Shown one piece after another: positions 27,279 through 40,766 of a DNA stretch of 64,000 nucleotides; position 1 is the stretch's first letter, and every line of letters starts with the position of its first letter. This stretch comes from the human T2T-CHM13v2.0 reference genome, Homo sapiens. The notes beneath the pieces were generated by a model. It made no database searches, was not told where the DNA came from, and was given only the letters and a program-made list of their open reading frames with translations. The position numbers and the translations under genes were made by a program. The DNA lies in the NCBI RefSeq assembly GCF_009914755.1, contig NC_060925.1; one strand, given 5' to 3'.

Positions 27279-30258
27279 GTTTTTAAATTGGGATGGGCAG
27301 GCCAATCCCAAACTCACTTAAACATACCCAATTTAAGAAGACTTTTAAACTTCAAATTTTGAAATTGTTCTTTGACAATTATGCATGCTAATAATGGGCT
27401 TCCCTATTACCTAAAGCCAAATAAATGGATGAATGGGGGCATGAACAGAAGGATGGACAGACAGTAGATATAGATGAAAGAATAGACAGGGATAATTGAA
27501 AGAAAGAATGAGAAAGAGGAGGGGAAAGGTGGGTAAGAAGGGAGGAAAGGAGGGAGACAATGAGAATTTCAACTGGGAATGATAAACTATAAGAAGTCAG
27601 TTTAGAAGAAATAATAATTTTGGTCTGAAAGACTCGCAAAATGAAGTAGAATTAAGAGGCATAAGTTAAAATAGCATCATGATAGCTAAAGAAAATCATT
27701 TCCACCACTTTAGAGTATGCTTGTAAGAAAATAGAGTACAGTGGGGCAGTGGGCAGGGGGAGATTGTACTGTTTTTAACAATACACTATTTTTCAATTAT
27801 CCATAATTTACTGAAAAATAAATTCCAACTCTGTCCTATTTTAGACAACACTGTCATATGTTCAAGTTTGCTTTGACAGGGAAAAAGGTCAAGGGTTTTT
27901 TTTAAATATGACTCAGCAATATATTCCTGAGGTCAGTTGTCCTGACACAGGGTAGCAGGGGTTGAAACACAGTAACACTTAACTCGTTAACAGAAAAGCT
28001 CTCATAAGCTCAAAATGGGATGTACATACAGCAATAAACTCTGTTCAACCTTACACAAGGACACAAAAGTGAAAAACAAAAACAGGGGTAGCATTCAAAT
28101 TTCAAACAGCATAGTGGGCCCACTGAAATATCACATTGAAGTTGAGGGAAGTCAACCACATGATCATACTTTTAAATACTATTCACAGATGGACTAGTTT
28201 AAAATGCAGTCAAAACAAGAAAAAGTCTAAAAGCAGGGAAATAGTGTAACGTCTGGGACGACATAAGCATTGGGATGAAGTGCAGACAGCACAGAGGTAG
28301 GCGTCAAGGATCTTCTGTCATTCTTAATTCTATAAAAAAAATCACAACTTCTTCAGGTTTCATTTTCTCTTCTGAAATGTGAATATCTGTCTGACTTGCC
28401 TCTTGAGATCATTTTATAGTGATTAAAGAGCTAATATTTGTGAAAACAGTTTAAAAACCATAGAGTACTACAAAACATAAAGGAGAATTTGAATTTAAAA
28501 ACAGGTTAAGATAATGGAGGCTCCCAGTGTCATCTGGTCCCAGGCTGATGCTTGACAGGTAAAACTGGAATTTGCTGCCCCAAACTATAGTAATTCTCCG
28601 GAATTTTTTGCTTTGCTTGTGCAGAGAAAAGGAATACACCAAAAAGGTAGAAGCTCAAATATAGGAGGTGCTGCCGTACTGCTGTGGTCTGAGTGAATAG
28701 GTGCCCCTTTAAGTTACAAATGTCACTTGCCTACATCCTGGACTCCTCCACATTCTAATGAGAGTATTGGGACAGACATCACATGAGGCTTAATCTGGAA
28801 GAACTAGAAAAAAAACAATGCACGCAGTGTACAAGTCATCAGGGGCCCTCGTTTAGCCAGCAGCATCCTTTTCTGGTCTTTGGGTTTCACAAAATAATAG
28901 AGGAAAAAGACATACTCTGAAGAAATCCCAAAACAGGAAGAGAAGGAGCAGGAGGAGAGGAAGCACAACACTCACAGTGCCCAGGAAAGTGGTGATGGTG
29001 AAGAAGTTGTTTAAAAGAGCTCAGATATCTCCCCTGCAAAAGCAACTGCCTGAGGAGTCTACAGCAGGTGAATAGTTTTCAAGGTCTTTTAATTTGGATA
29101 AAATGACCAAAGAGGAGGAGGATGCTTGTGACTTTAGTACAAACGACATGTAACAGAACCTGGTTTCTTAATGTTTTGAGCAAACTGCTGGAGTGTTCTA
29201 TGTGTATAATGCACCAGTGTGTTATGGCATGACGTAAACTGTATAAATTTTGTAAATATGTATCATAATATATTCATGAAAACAATCAGGACTTTTTTTT
29301 AAAAAAAAAAAAGAATAAGTTAAGAATAATTGAGAAATCCCTGTATTTGGGATCCAGGTCACTTTTTTCTTTCCTGGTGTAATGTTTTCAAGGGGAAAAG
29401 TGATTCAGACATCTTATCTCTCTGCTTTTCCTTTCAAGAGTCTGCCCTGCCAGATTCTTTTTCCCACCCCCTCATCTCTCAGGCATCAACTGGCAGTGCT
29501 GGTGGATTAACTCCAGCACAAGAATGTGTGAAAGTTGCTCTTCCCAGTCTGGTCCTCTCCCGACTCTTTAGTCATATGCATAATGGCTTAGAACCTGTCC
29601 CCAAACAACCTTGAACTAAACTAGATATGCAGCGCTCTACTTCTGGAGCTTGAAGGACTTTCTTATTATGAACGAACAGCTTTTGAAACAGAAGGAAATG
29701 AGAGGGACCAACATTTCTTTCTGTGACTTAAATTGTACTTGCTTCATTTTGGGATGCCTTGGAGTCTGTTCACATCCTGTTCTTTTCTTCTAAGTGTGAG
29801 TTCTCAACATAAGGGAAAGCAGAGAGGGCAGCTCTTGAAGGTAGAAAGAAGGAAAGATACTCTGTCTCACTTCATTTGATTCCCCTTAGAGTTCTGCAAA
29901 GACTCATTAGCAGAGGGCTAAGATAACCCTAGTACAAGTGCAGCTAGAAATGAATGCATATTTAGCACCTACTATGTGCCAGGACCTAAGTTGCATGTTT
30001 CTATTCATTGATTCTACACAACCATACCCCATTTACAAATGATAAAACATAAGAACTACCATGGTAGTTCCCAAATGATTGCCAAGAACTCACTGAAGAG
30101 AAAATGCTTCTTTTCCTACTGCTTGCCTGTTTAGCAATGACTAGTGCATGAGAGTAGTACTTACCTGTGCCCTTCAGGTAGCATGTGGATATGACTCTGG
30201 GGACAGACAAGCCTAGTTTTAAATTCCTATTGGGTCACTTTTGTTCATATAATCTTGA

Positions 30259-30563
<305 letters not shown>

Positions 30564-30657
30564 TAAACAATTCTTACAACAAAAACACAACAACTTAAGA
30601 CAAATAAGCTAGATGTGAAGGATGTTGCTGCTATTATTCCTGCACATTTTCCTAAAC

Positions 30658-30875
30658 CAGTGGTTCACGCTTGAGGCAATTTTGCCCCACAGGGGACATT
30701 TGACAATATCTGGAGTTGTTGTTGATTGCTACGCCGGAGAGTGGCAATGCTACTGGCATCTAAGAAACAGAGGCCAAGGTTGCTGCTAAATCATACTACA
30801 ATGCAGACAGCCCTCTTAAAAACAAAGAATTTTCTGGGCCAAAATATTAATAGTGGCAATGTTGAGAAACCCTTC
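30658..30875 (+). mobile_element. MER20 hAT element
   Basis: cagtggtt...ttttgccccacaggggacatttgacaatatctggag...gttgagaaaccct. Confidence 0.88.
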
Positions 30876-30963
30876 TCCAAGGGAATAAAGTAGGCAAAGT
30901 TGAAATCAGATAAATCTGTTAAGACCAATTGATGACATTCTACTTATTTAACAGAAATACAAG

Positions 30964-31346
30964 TGACATGGTTTGGCTCTATGTTTCCACCCACATCTCA
31001 GGTTGAATTATAATCTGCAGTGTTTGAGAAAGGACCACGTGGGAGGTGATTGGATCCTGGGAACAGATCTCTTCTTTGCTGTTCTCATGATAGTGAGTGA
31101 GTTCTCACAAGATCTGGTTGTTTAAAAGTGTGTGGCACTTCCCCCTTAGCTCTCTCTCTTCTGCTGCCATGTGAAGATGTGCTTGCTTCCCCTTCACCCT
31201 TACACCATGATTGTAAGTTCCCTGAGGCCTCCCCAGACGTGTCTCCTGTACAGCCTATGGAACTATAAGACAATTAAACCTCTTTTCTTTATAAATTACC
31301 CAGTCGCAGGTAGTTCTTTATAGCAGTGTGAGAATGAACTAATACA
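30964..31346 (+). mobile_element. MSTA MaLR solo LTR
   Basis: TGACATGGTTTGGCTC...gagaatgaactaatACA. TSD acaag/acatg. Confidence 0.92.
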
Positions 31347-31457
31347 ACATGAGGGTGAATTCACCCTCATGAATGCACCCAAAAATTTTCATAAGAGCAA
31401 ATAGATTGGAAAATTCAAAACAGCTACTTGTCAATTGTAGATTAAGTGATTACAGGA

Positions 31458-31587
31458 AAGGTAACCATACAATTTGTTTCCCAAACTTGTATGATATGAG
31501 GAGTAAAGGAGGGTATTTTATTAATTTTTCAGGATAATGGTCATATATCAGGATTTCTCTGGGCAAACAAGGTTATATGGTTCCCTG
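31458..31587. mobile_element. MER94-like hAT-Blackjack MITE
   Basis: aaggtaaccatacaatttg...gggcaaacaaggttatatggttccct with TIR-like ends. Confidence 0.6.
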
Positions 31588-31919
31588 GTTATAAGAGAAT
31601 GCGAAAATAAAGTATGTCACATTGTTGTTATGGAATGATATGTAGTCAGCAAAAATATTTTAAAGGATATTTAACAACATTGTAAAGTGTTAATAATGTA
31701 TTTTATATATCCAGCCCTTTATAAGGCTAGATATATTTATGAATCAAATTTTATAATATATATCCTTATCTGTATTGAAAAAAGAATGGAAAGATATAGT
31801 ACATAGCATTTTTAACATTAGTTCACTGGCTGTTGAAATTACAGCTGATGATTTTGGTTTTTCTCTATATTCAAAATTGCCTATAATTTTTTTAAATTAT
31901 AAATATATCCTGCTTCTTT

Positions 31920-32910
31920 AAGAAGAAATGTAATTCAGTCCCAGTTGATGAGGCAAAGTTATTCTTCACAGAACAATGTCAGCTACTAAATATAGAAAAA
32001 ATGATATAAATTAGAAAAATCACACTTTTTATACCTCCCAATGAAATAATTATTTCAGGCAAAGATCGTCAATGCATTTTAAAATATTTAGGTGAAAGAT
32101 TGTTGAGATACTCACAAGGTGCTAAGGTATTAACCAACAAGTTAGTTGCTAATTGTAAAGTGAAAAATAAACCTTCACAATGAAGAGATTTGGTGATGAC
32201 CATACCAACAAAGTGATCAAATTTAACATCATTTTAGTGAAAAACCTGGCATTATATGCCTTCTGTTGTGATGTAACATGAAATAAGAATATCACTTATG
32301 GAATATCCTAGCCAAAAATGTTTAATTTAAATCTAATTAAGCCATTAGACCCATTTTAGTTTATAAGAAATCCAAAGAGTATAAGAACAAGGAGAACCAC
32401 AGCATGCAGAAGAAATCAGACAAATCCAGAATGTGGGACAATACAACTGTCCTGCCATGTCTTCAAAAAGTAAATGCTATAAAAAAGAAATAAAGGGATT
32501 TTGAGATTAAAAGACACTAGAGAAATGTAACATGAATACAATCTGTGAACTTTGTTTGAAAAAAAGAGAGAGAATGAGAGAGATAAATGTCATCTTTAGA
32601 TAATTGGGGAAATTTGAATATAAATTGAATATAAATTGGTTATATTATCATGTGTGTGGGTATAATATGAATATAAAATTGTCTTAGATATGATGATGGC
32701 ATTGCAGTTATATGAAATATTATGGTAAATATTATGTCTGCAACATATTTTCAAGGTGTTCGGAAAAAAGTTCACATACTTACAAATAGCTATACAAAGT
32801 AAATATGGCAAAACATGAATAACCGCTGAACGAAGGTAATGAGTATACAAGCGTTCATATTGTACTATTCTTTCAATCTTTCTGTATATTTAGAAAATGT
32901 TTAAAGTTAA
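31920..32910 (+). mobile_element. L1MC/ME-type 3'UTR
   Basis: aatgaaataattatttcaggcaaagatc, aatcagacaaatccagaatgtgggaca, and a tgtactattctttcaatctttctgta 3' end. Confidence 0.75.
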
Positions 32911-33244
32911 TGGAAAAATATCCAAAAAGGTACGTTTAATGTAATATATTTGAAGCAGTGTGATTACATTTAAAGCAGCATAATTAGTAGTCCCAGAGTT
33001 AACCTTTGTCTTTGTAGGTTACATGGAAATGGTGAACCTACAGCCATTCCCTTATTCTGCACACCACTTCAGGCCAGCTTTTCCAGTTTCACTTCTATGG
33101 GTCTCGTCACTTCCTGTGATATATTTCAGTTTCCGTCCCCTCCACCACAGACAGTACCACCTTCTTCTACCTCCTCCATCTTTGAGGGTCCTTATCTCCC
33201 CAGGAACAATGGAAATAGAGCACAGAATCAGTAACTAACTTCCT

Positions 33245-33555
33245 TCTAGTGGCAAAAACAGTTAATGTCAAATTAATTACTCCCAGGTACTCCCCTACTT
33301 TTCCCAGGCTACCTCACAGTTAGGTTGGGGTCATGTAACTGGCTCAGAGGGAAAAGGCCGGTTCCAGGCCAAGACAGCTATGAGCTATGCAGCCACTTCC
33401 ATCTTTGTCTACCCTTATCGCAGAGGCCCTTAGTGTGGCTGCAAAATGAAGGAAGATCCCCCATTCATATTAGACTGTGATATGAACAAGAAATACATGT
33501 CTGTTGTGCTAAAGCCACTGAGATTTCAGGGTTTGTCTGTTACAACAGCTAGTCA
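33245..33555 (+). mobile_element. MLT1-family LTR
   Basis: cagttaggttggggtcatgtaact...aagccactgagatttcagggtttgtctgttacaacagc. Confidence 0.75.
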
Positions 33556-33794
33556 GAATTTCTTAGTTTCTAAATCTTTCTGAGAGGCTAACAGGAAACC
33601 CCTCTACTACTGCATCCAGTTTACCCTTTCTTTGAATATTGCCTTTAATATGCAATTAAGAAAAAACTATTGGTGTTCCCTTAGGAAATTTTATCTCCCA
33701 CAATTTTCAGAGTAAACAATGCGCATTCTTCCAAATCTCTACTTAACATAACAACAAGCACATTTGACCATTTCCTCAAAAAGAAAAGAAAAAA

Positions 33795-34280
<486 letters not shown>

Positions 34281-35499
34281 TTGCTTAATAGGTTAGGAAG
34301 TTCTTTTGCCAGGACTTCTACATATCCTCCTGTATGGGTCAGATGTGTCACACCCAGACACACAGAAAGCCAAAAAAGCATTAAAATGGGCTACAATTTG
34401 GTGACTTGGGAACAAAAACATAAAAACATAATATTTTCTTAGAAAGGATTTCTAAGCCTAAAAATGAATTATTGCCTTGGACAATGACAGCATTAATCCT
34501 GGAAGAAAACATATCTGGCTGGCTCTGTATGAGAATTCAGATTTCTTGATTTCTTTACCACCTATTGATTGGCAACATTTCCAATGAACAATTTTACTTA
34601 TTTCATTTTAAATTGATTTCTCTTTTTAGCAAGACTTTGCTTTTTGAGAGCACTGAGGCAAAAAAAAAAATCATTTAATTTTACTTTTTGAAATCAATGT
34701 CTACAAGACCCTTCCAGTCAATGGATTACCCTTGCTATCCATTAGACACCTTTCTAGGCTGTTCACTGACCTTTTGTATCACATATACGATTGCAGCACT
34801 TTTAGTCTTACATGAAATGTTTTTGTCATTTTCCCCCTTTGCTCTTTCTGTCACTTTTAAGTTCTGAACTTCACTCTGTAATTGCTCAGCTTCTCTTTTA
34901 AACTTGACATGCATTATGTGTCTTTTGTGCCCTTAATTACATTTTGTACTTTGGGGTTCAACTGTGTTGGTCTTTTCTAATCCTACTATATTGATTGCTA
35001 TACAACAAGCCTCCTTCCCTCTGGGAACACTATTTATCTTTAAGCTATTTTTTTTCCAGTTCTGAGAACCACTAAATTTCTTTCTACTGCTCTTTCCAGG
35101 AAATCTCAGACTATCCTGTTGTGATGCCAAGATCTATTCACTAGAAACATAATTACTTCTCTTTCAACATGAGCTCTCTATAGGCATATTTGAAAAAGAA
35201 ACCAAAGTGACAAAATGTAGAAAAGATACATGTGTCAAGAACAGACAAGACATTTCAGAATATTCAGGAAGCAAAAAATATATATTTTATAAAATTATGA
35301 GAAGGAGAAAAAAAGGATGGTTTCTTAAAGAAATATAATATGGGAAACATTGAGTTAAAGCACAGTATAAACACATGGATTTTACGAAATTAAGAGTATA
35401 CAACTTTAACGTCTAGTGCACCAAACACAAAAGCACTAGCTGTGAAGAATGTTATCATTTGTCAAATGCAGGCAAACATCTTCTTCTATGAAAACATGT

Positions 35500-36110
35500 G
35501 CGACAGTCTCCTCATTTGTCCCACTCTACCCAGTATTATTTCCCTCCAACTTTCTCCAGAATGCAGCCAGAGTCCTTACCATAAAATGCATCTTTAATCA
35601 TTTCTCTGCTGGAAAAGCTTTTAATGACTCTCCATTCTAGAATAAAGCCCAAATGCCTATAAAACCCTAACTATCTGGACCCTATTTACTTTTCTTTCTT
35701 CATTTCTAGCCACTTCCCTTTCTTCCCAAAAGCTGTATGTTCCAAACAAAATGTTCTTATGGTTTTCCTCTGGACCTTTGTATACAATGGTTTCTCAGAA
35801 TGCTCTTTCCTGCCCCAACTCCTCTTGGTCTGTCTATTGCTTATTCATCTTTCATGTAAATGCCTCTTCTTACCTGACTCAAGTAAAAATTAAGCAACTC
35901 GCTTCTGTGTATTATTATAGTTCATTGTATTTCTCCTATCATAACACATAACTCACTGTTACATTATCTTGTTTACTTACCTGCAACCCACTTTATTCAG
36001 CAAGCAATAGGATGGTAATGACAAATATTTATCATTTTTGCCAATATCCCAGCACCCGGCACTGTACCTAGCACCTGATGAAGACTGATAAATGCTTTGT
36101 TGGATGGATG
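35500..36110 (+). mobile_element. L2 3' region
   Basis: ctccagaatgcagccagagt...tagaataaagcccaaa...cccagcacccggcactgtacctagcac...ataaatgctttgttggatggatg. Confidence 0.8.
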
Positions 36111-36997
36111 TCGTACAAATATTTAGTAACCCAAGGTCTAATTTTAACCTCTGGTTGCAATTCTTGTTGAAAATCTCTCCAAAATAAGAACTGGCAACCC
36201 TTAGCATGTGCATTAAAAATGGCTCATTAGCAGGATACCTTTGGGATATGGGACAGTTGATGCCTCTATTATCTCTTTCCTACTAACCATAAGGGCTTGT
36301 AGTGATAAAAGATGCCCATCATGTTCAAAATTCAGCAGTTGGGGTTCTCTTAGCACCCACACAGTCCATCTTCACCTGTTTAGAGGTACTCATTTAGCCA
36401 CCAAAACCTTCCAGGTTCTACTCTACAGAAGAATCAGGGTGGCCCAGTAAATGCCATCTCCCACAATTTTTAGCCTGACAATAGGATGGATTAAGCATTT
36501 TAGAAGGAAAAGTACTCCTTCCAAAGGCAGTCAGCCTCTTTCTATTGTGTAATGAATCAGTCTACTTTTCTGTCTTAGTAAATCTAGTACAATAAGAAAA
36601 ATTGCATCTCTTTGGAATGACTAAGCAGCTTATAAGATCTCAGAGTCCTCATCTTAGAAATAGTATCCTGGGAACTTTAGATTTAGAGATAGAGAAAAGT
36701 GGCTCAAAGCTGTACTAATCCCCTCTAGAAGTCTCTGAAATAAAAAACTACTTAATTCAAAATATTCTGCTTGATTTTAAAAACTTCATTCCCTCCTTTT
36801 CAAAATTTCTCCTGCAAGGGCAGGAAATTCAACCAGTGGAGGGTACAGTAAAGGGAAACTGTATTGAATCAGATTTGGAATATTTACATATTGAAGTTTA
36901 TGCTCCAAAGTATCAAATTTAGTGACTCAGGAGAAAACTTCCTTTAAAAATTATGTGAATATCATTAAGTACTACCTTGATTTTGCAAGAAATAACA

Positions 36998-37045
36998 TCT
37001 TTTTTTTGAGACGGAGTCTTGCTCTGTGGCCCAGGCTGGAGTGCA
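36998..37045 (-). mobile_element. Alu 3'-terminal stub
   Basis: ttttttttgagacggagtcttgctctgtggcccaggctggagtgca, then unrelated sequence. Confidence 0.88.
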
Positions 37046-37984
37046 AAAGGTAATAAGAAATAAAGAAAGCCTTTGAGCATTTGGAGGAACAAATTCAAAG
37101 AAAAATAGTTTTCATTGTTTTTTATTATTATTAACAGAAAAGGGAAAAACATGAAAATTATCTGGCTTACTGCCCAAACTAAGGGCATCACTAAGAAAGT
37201 ATTTTCACTCCTCTTAATATCAAGAGTATAAAAATTCTGCTACCAAAAATAAAAACAAAGTGAAGCTTCATGTCCAGGAGAGTGGAGGTACAGCAAAATG
37301 CTACCCAAACTATTGGTAATTTATTAGTAAGTGTAATTTAAAATCAAATGCTTTTTGAGTTATAGAATGTGGAATAATCAACCTTTCAGGGTTCAAATGG
37401 GCCACAGATTTTCAAAAAGGACATCAATAGAAATAAACTGTAGAAAAGCTATTTGGACTGTCCTAAATCTAAAATAGCCCTAGTTCCCAAATATGTCTGT
37501 TCATGTGCTTCTTTTTATGCCTGACTACAAATTTGCTGACAGATGTTGTGTCTCTTAATAGTCAAATTTTGATATTTCTTCTTTGTTTACCCACTAATTG
37601 CTCTCAGTAGTACCTCCCGACTTTACTTTTACCAAAAACTAAACTTGGGTACTTTACGAGTGACCCTGACATTTTCTAGTAGCTCCTTATTTCCTCAGAT
37701 GCCAAAACCAGCAACTAATTCTTGAATATTTTTTCCATACCTGACAGAGCCTGCAATCCCATCCTATGACTTTCCAAATAAATACAGTTCAGCCATCAAA
37801 GTGAGTCAGAAGTAGGTCACATACCTGGACCAGTGATGGAAAGGTTGGGCATTTGAACAGAAAATTAATGAATATTAAAGTGAGGAAGTTTAATGGATAT
37901 TAAAGTTAGAAAGTGTAAGGTGCTTTCCTGCCCAGAGATTAGAAAACCTGACAAGTCTAGAACTCTAATAACCACAAATGGCCT

Positions 37985-38338
37985 ATTGCAGCTTTATCAA
38001 GATGCGCTCCACAGGACAATAACATGGGAAGATGCCCCCCAGATTGCCTTTCATGAGCAATAAATGTAGAAGCAGCTACACAACACAGCTTTTCTCTTGG
38101 AGATTCAGAAAGCGCATTAGCATATTAAAAGATTTTTTAAAGCCTGTCCATAAATAGACCTATTTATCTCTGTTTAATCTGATATTTAATCTGCTTTCTG
38201 CCAAACATTTTTAAAAATTATTTTTAATTTGTATACATTTATCTTGTAAAATATATTGCCAAACTTTTTTGACCACTGAATACCTATTAAGATCTCAGAG
38301 AACTGGTATCCCAAGAAATATGCTTGAGAAAAAGCTGA
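37985..38338. mobile_element. MER112-like hAT-Charlie remnant
   Basis: ggagattcagaaagcgcattagcatattaaa...tttgaccactgaa...ttgagaaaaagctg. Confidence 0.5.
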
Positions 38339-38426
38339 CCTGCTCAGTCATTCATATATGCTGCTGCTTCTTGATCACCTAGGGCTACCCTATAAGGTCA
38401 GGCATTGACCATTTGATGTCCTAAAG

Positions 38427-38587
38427 CTGTGTTTCTTAAACTTCTACATGCATATGAGTCACTGGGGATCTTGTAAAAACATAGATTCTGATTCAGTAGG
38501 TCTAAGGTGGGCTCTGAGAGTTGGGGTTTCTAACAAGCCTCCAGTTGATGCCAATGCTGCTGGTCCGTGTCACACTTTGACAAAGCT
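38427..38587. mobile_element. MER5A/MER5A1
   Basis: agattctgattcagtaggtctaaggtggg...tctaacaagcctccagttgatgccaatgctgctggtcc. Confidence 0.82.
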
Positions 38588-38909
38588 CTACAGGGACCTG
38601 GCAATGGGAAAATATTCATATCTCCAATCTCTTTATCTTACCATTCTTAGTAACAAATCTTCCTAAAATACTGCTTTCATTATGTCACTTTGCTGGTCAA
38701 AACTTTCAGTGCTTCCCTCTTCTCTTCCACATTAGTCATTCAATGATAGACATTTATTAAACCTTTATTGTGTGGTAAATAGATTAAGAAAGCCTCTGTC
38801 CCTATATACTCAAGAAAGAGGTGGGTAAGAAACAAGGCACAGAATGCTGGGAGCCAAAACAGTAGAGAATAGCTAATTTCAGTAATTTGAACGTGCTACA
38901 TGACTAGAC

Positions 38910-39085
38910 CAATAATTCCCAAAGTGTGTTGCCCAAACCATCAATGGAAACCATCAGCATCACCTGGAAACTTGTTAGAATGCAAATTCTCAGGGCTCAT
39001 CCTAGACCTACTTAATCAAAAACTTCAGAAGTGGGGTCTAGAAATCTGAGTTTTAACAAGCTCTCCAGGTGGTTGAAAACCACTG
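38910..39085. mobile_element. MER5A
   Basis: catcagcatcacctggaaacttgttagaatgcaaattctcaggg...ttgaaaaccactg. Confidence 0.85.
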
Positions 39086-39189
39086 GATTAGACAATCAGT
39101 AAGTTTCTCTCCAGCTCTAAAATTCTATCATTTTGACTGCTGATACCTCTTTCAATGATTTTTGTTATCCAGACTTTTATAAACTAAAA

Positions 39190-39838
<649 letters not shown>

Positions 39839-40349
39839 TATATATAGGTTGGATGAATAAGTGAATAAATGTTAACTATTATTGATATTTATCTTATTAC
39901 TAATAATTAGCAATCTAAACTTTCCTTATTGAAACAGTTTCTACTTCTTGTTCATCGCCACAAATTGCACTTATGTCCCATTCCATGCTCTACTCAAATT
40001 ATGCCCCATTTCTAAGATGCCCTTCTGCCTAAATTCAGCCCATTGTAGACCCTGCTCAAGTTCTGCCTTTTCCTTTAAAGTTCTCTGATGACTGAATGAC
40101 TCTGATGATTCTGGCTCTATAGCTCTCTGAATGTCTACATTGTTTACTATCTGTGCCATACAATTTAGCACTTAATTATCTTAATCTAGTGTCAGTAGAA
40201 TGAGTAACTTTTAAGGAATTTACTGAAAGAGTCTGTGTCATTCATGCAATAAATATTCCATGAAAAATTGGAGGAACGAGGCCCCAACGGAAACAATAGA
40301 AAACCTTATCATTAATTATCCATGTTGTCCTTAAATAATAAAAATAGCA

Positions 40350-40766
40350 CTTTACATTTTACAAATAACCCATTAAGGCTGTTGGAATCAAAATGGAGTC
40401 CCTTATGTTTAAAAAAATATCTGACAAATAGAGCCAGGGAAGGCAACGAAAAGAAGGCTCTCACACTTGTATACCTGATTACAAAACTTATCACAAAAGA
40501 CTGCAAATACCAAAACCTTGCAGGAAGGCCACTGCACCCTTGTGTCCAACCTCAGACTGACGTTATCCATGTTATTATATGTCTTTGTACCCAAAGATAA
40601 CCATTTCAATAAAATTATGTAATACTCCTCATTTTTTCTGTAAAAACTCTTTGTCTTCCTTTACCTATCTGAATACACACATAGTTTACTATGCACATTT
40701 CCCCATTGCAATACCCTATTCTTGAATATTTTCTTTTAGAGAGCTTCTCTGTGACTTAAGTTGACA
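40350..40766 (+). mobile_element. ERV1 solo LTR, MER67-like (5' boundary uncertain, 40323-40360)
   Basis: ggaatcaaaatggagtc...ctgacaaatagagccaggg...tatcacaaaagactgc...ttttagagagc...agttgACA. Confidence 0.72.
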
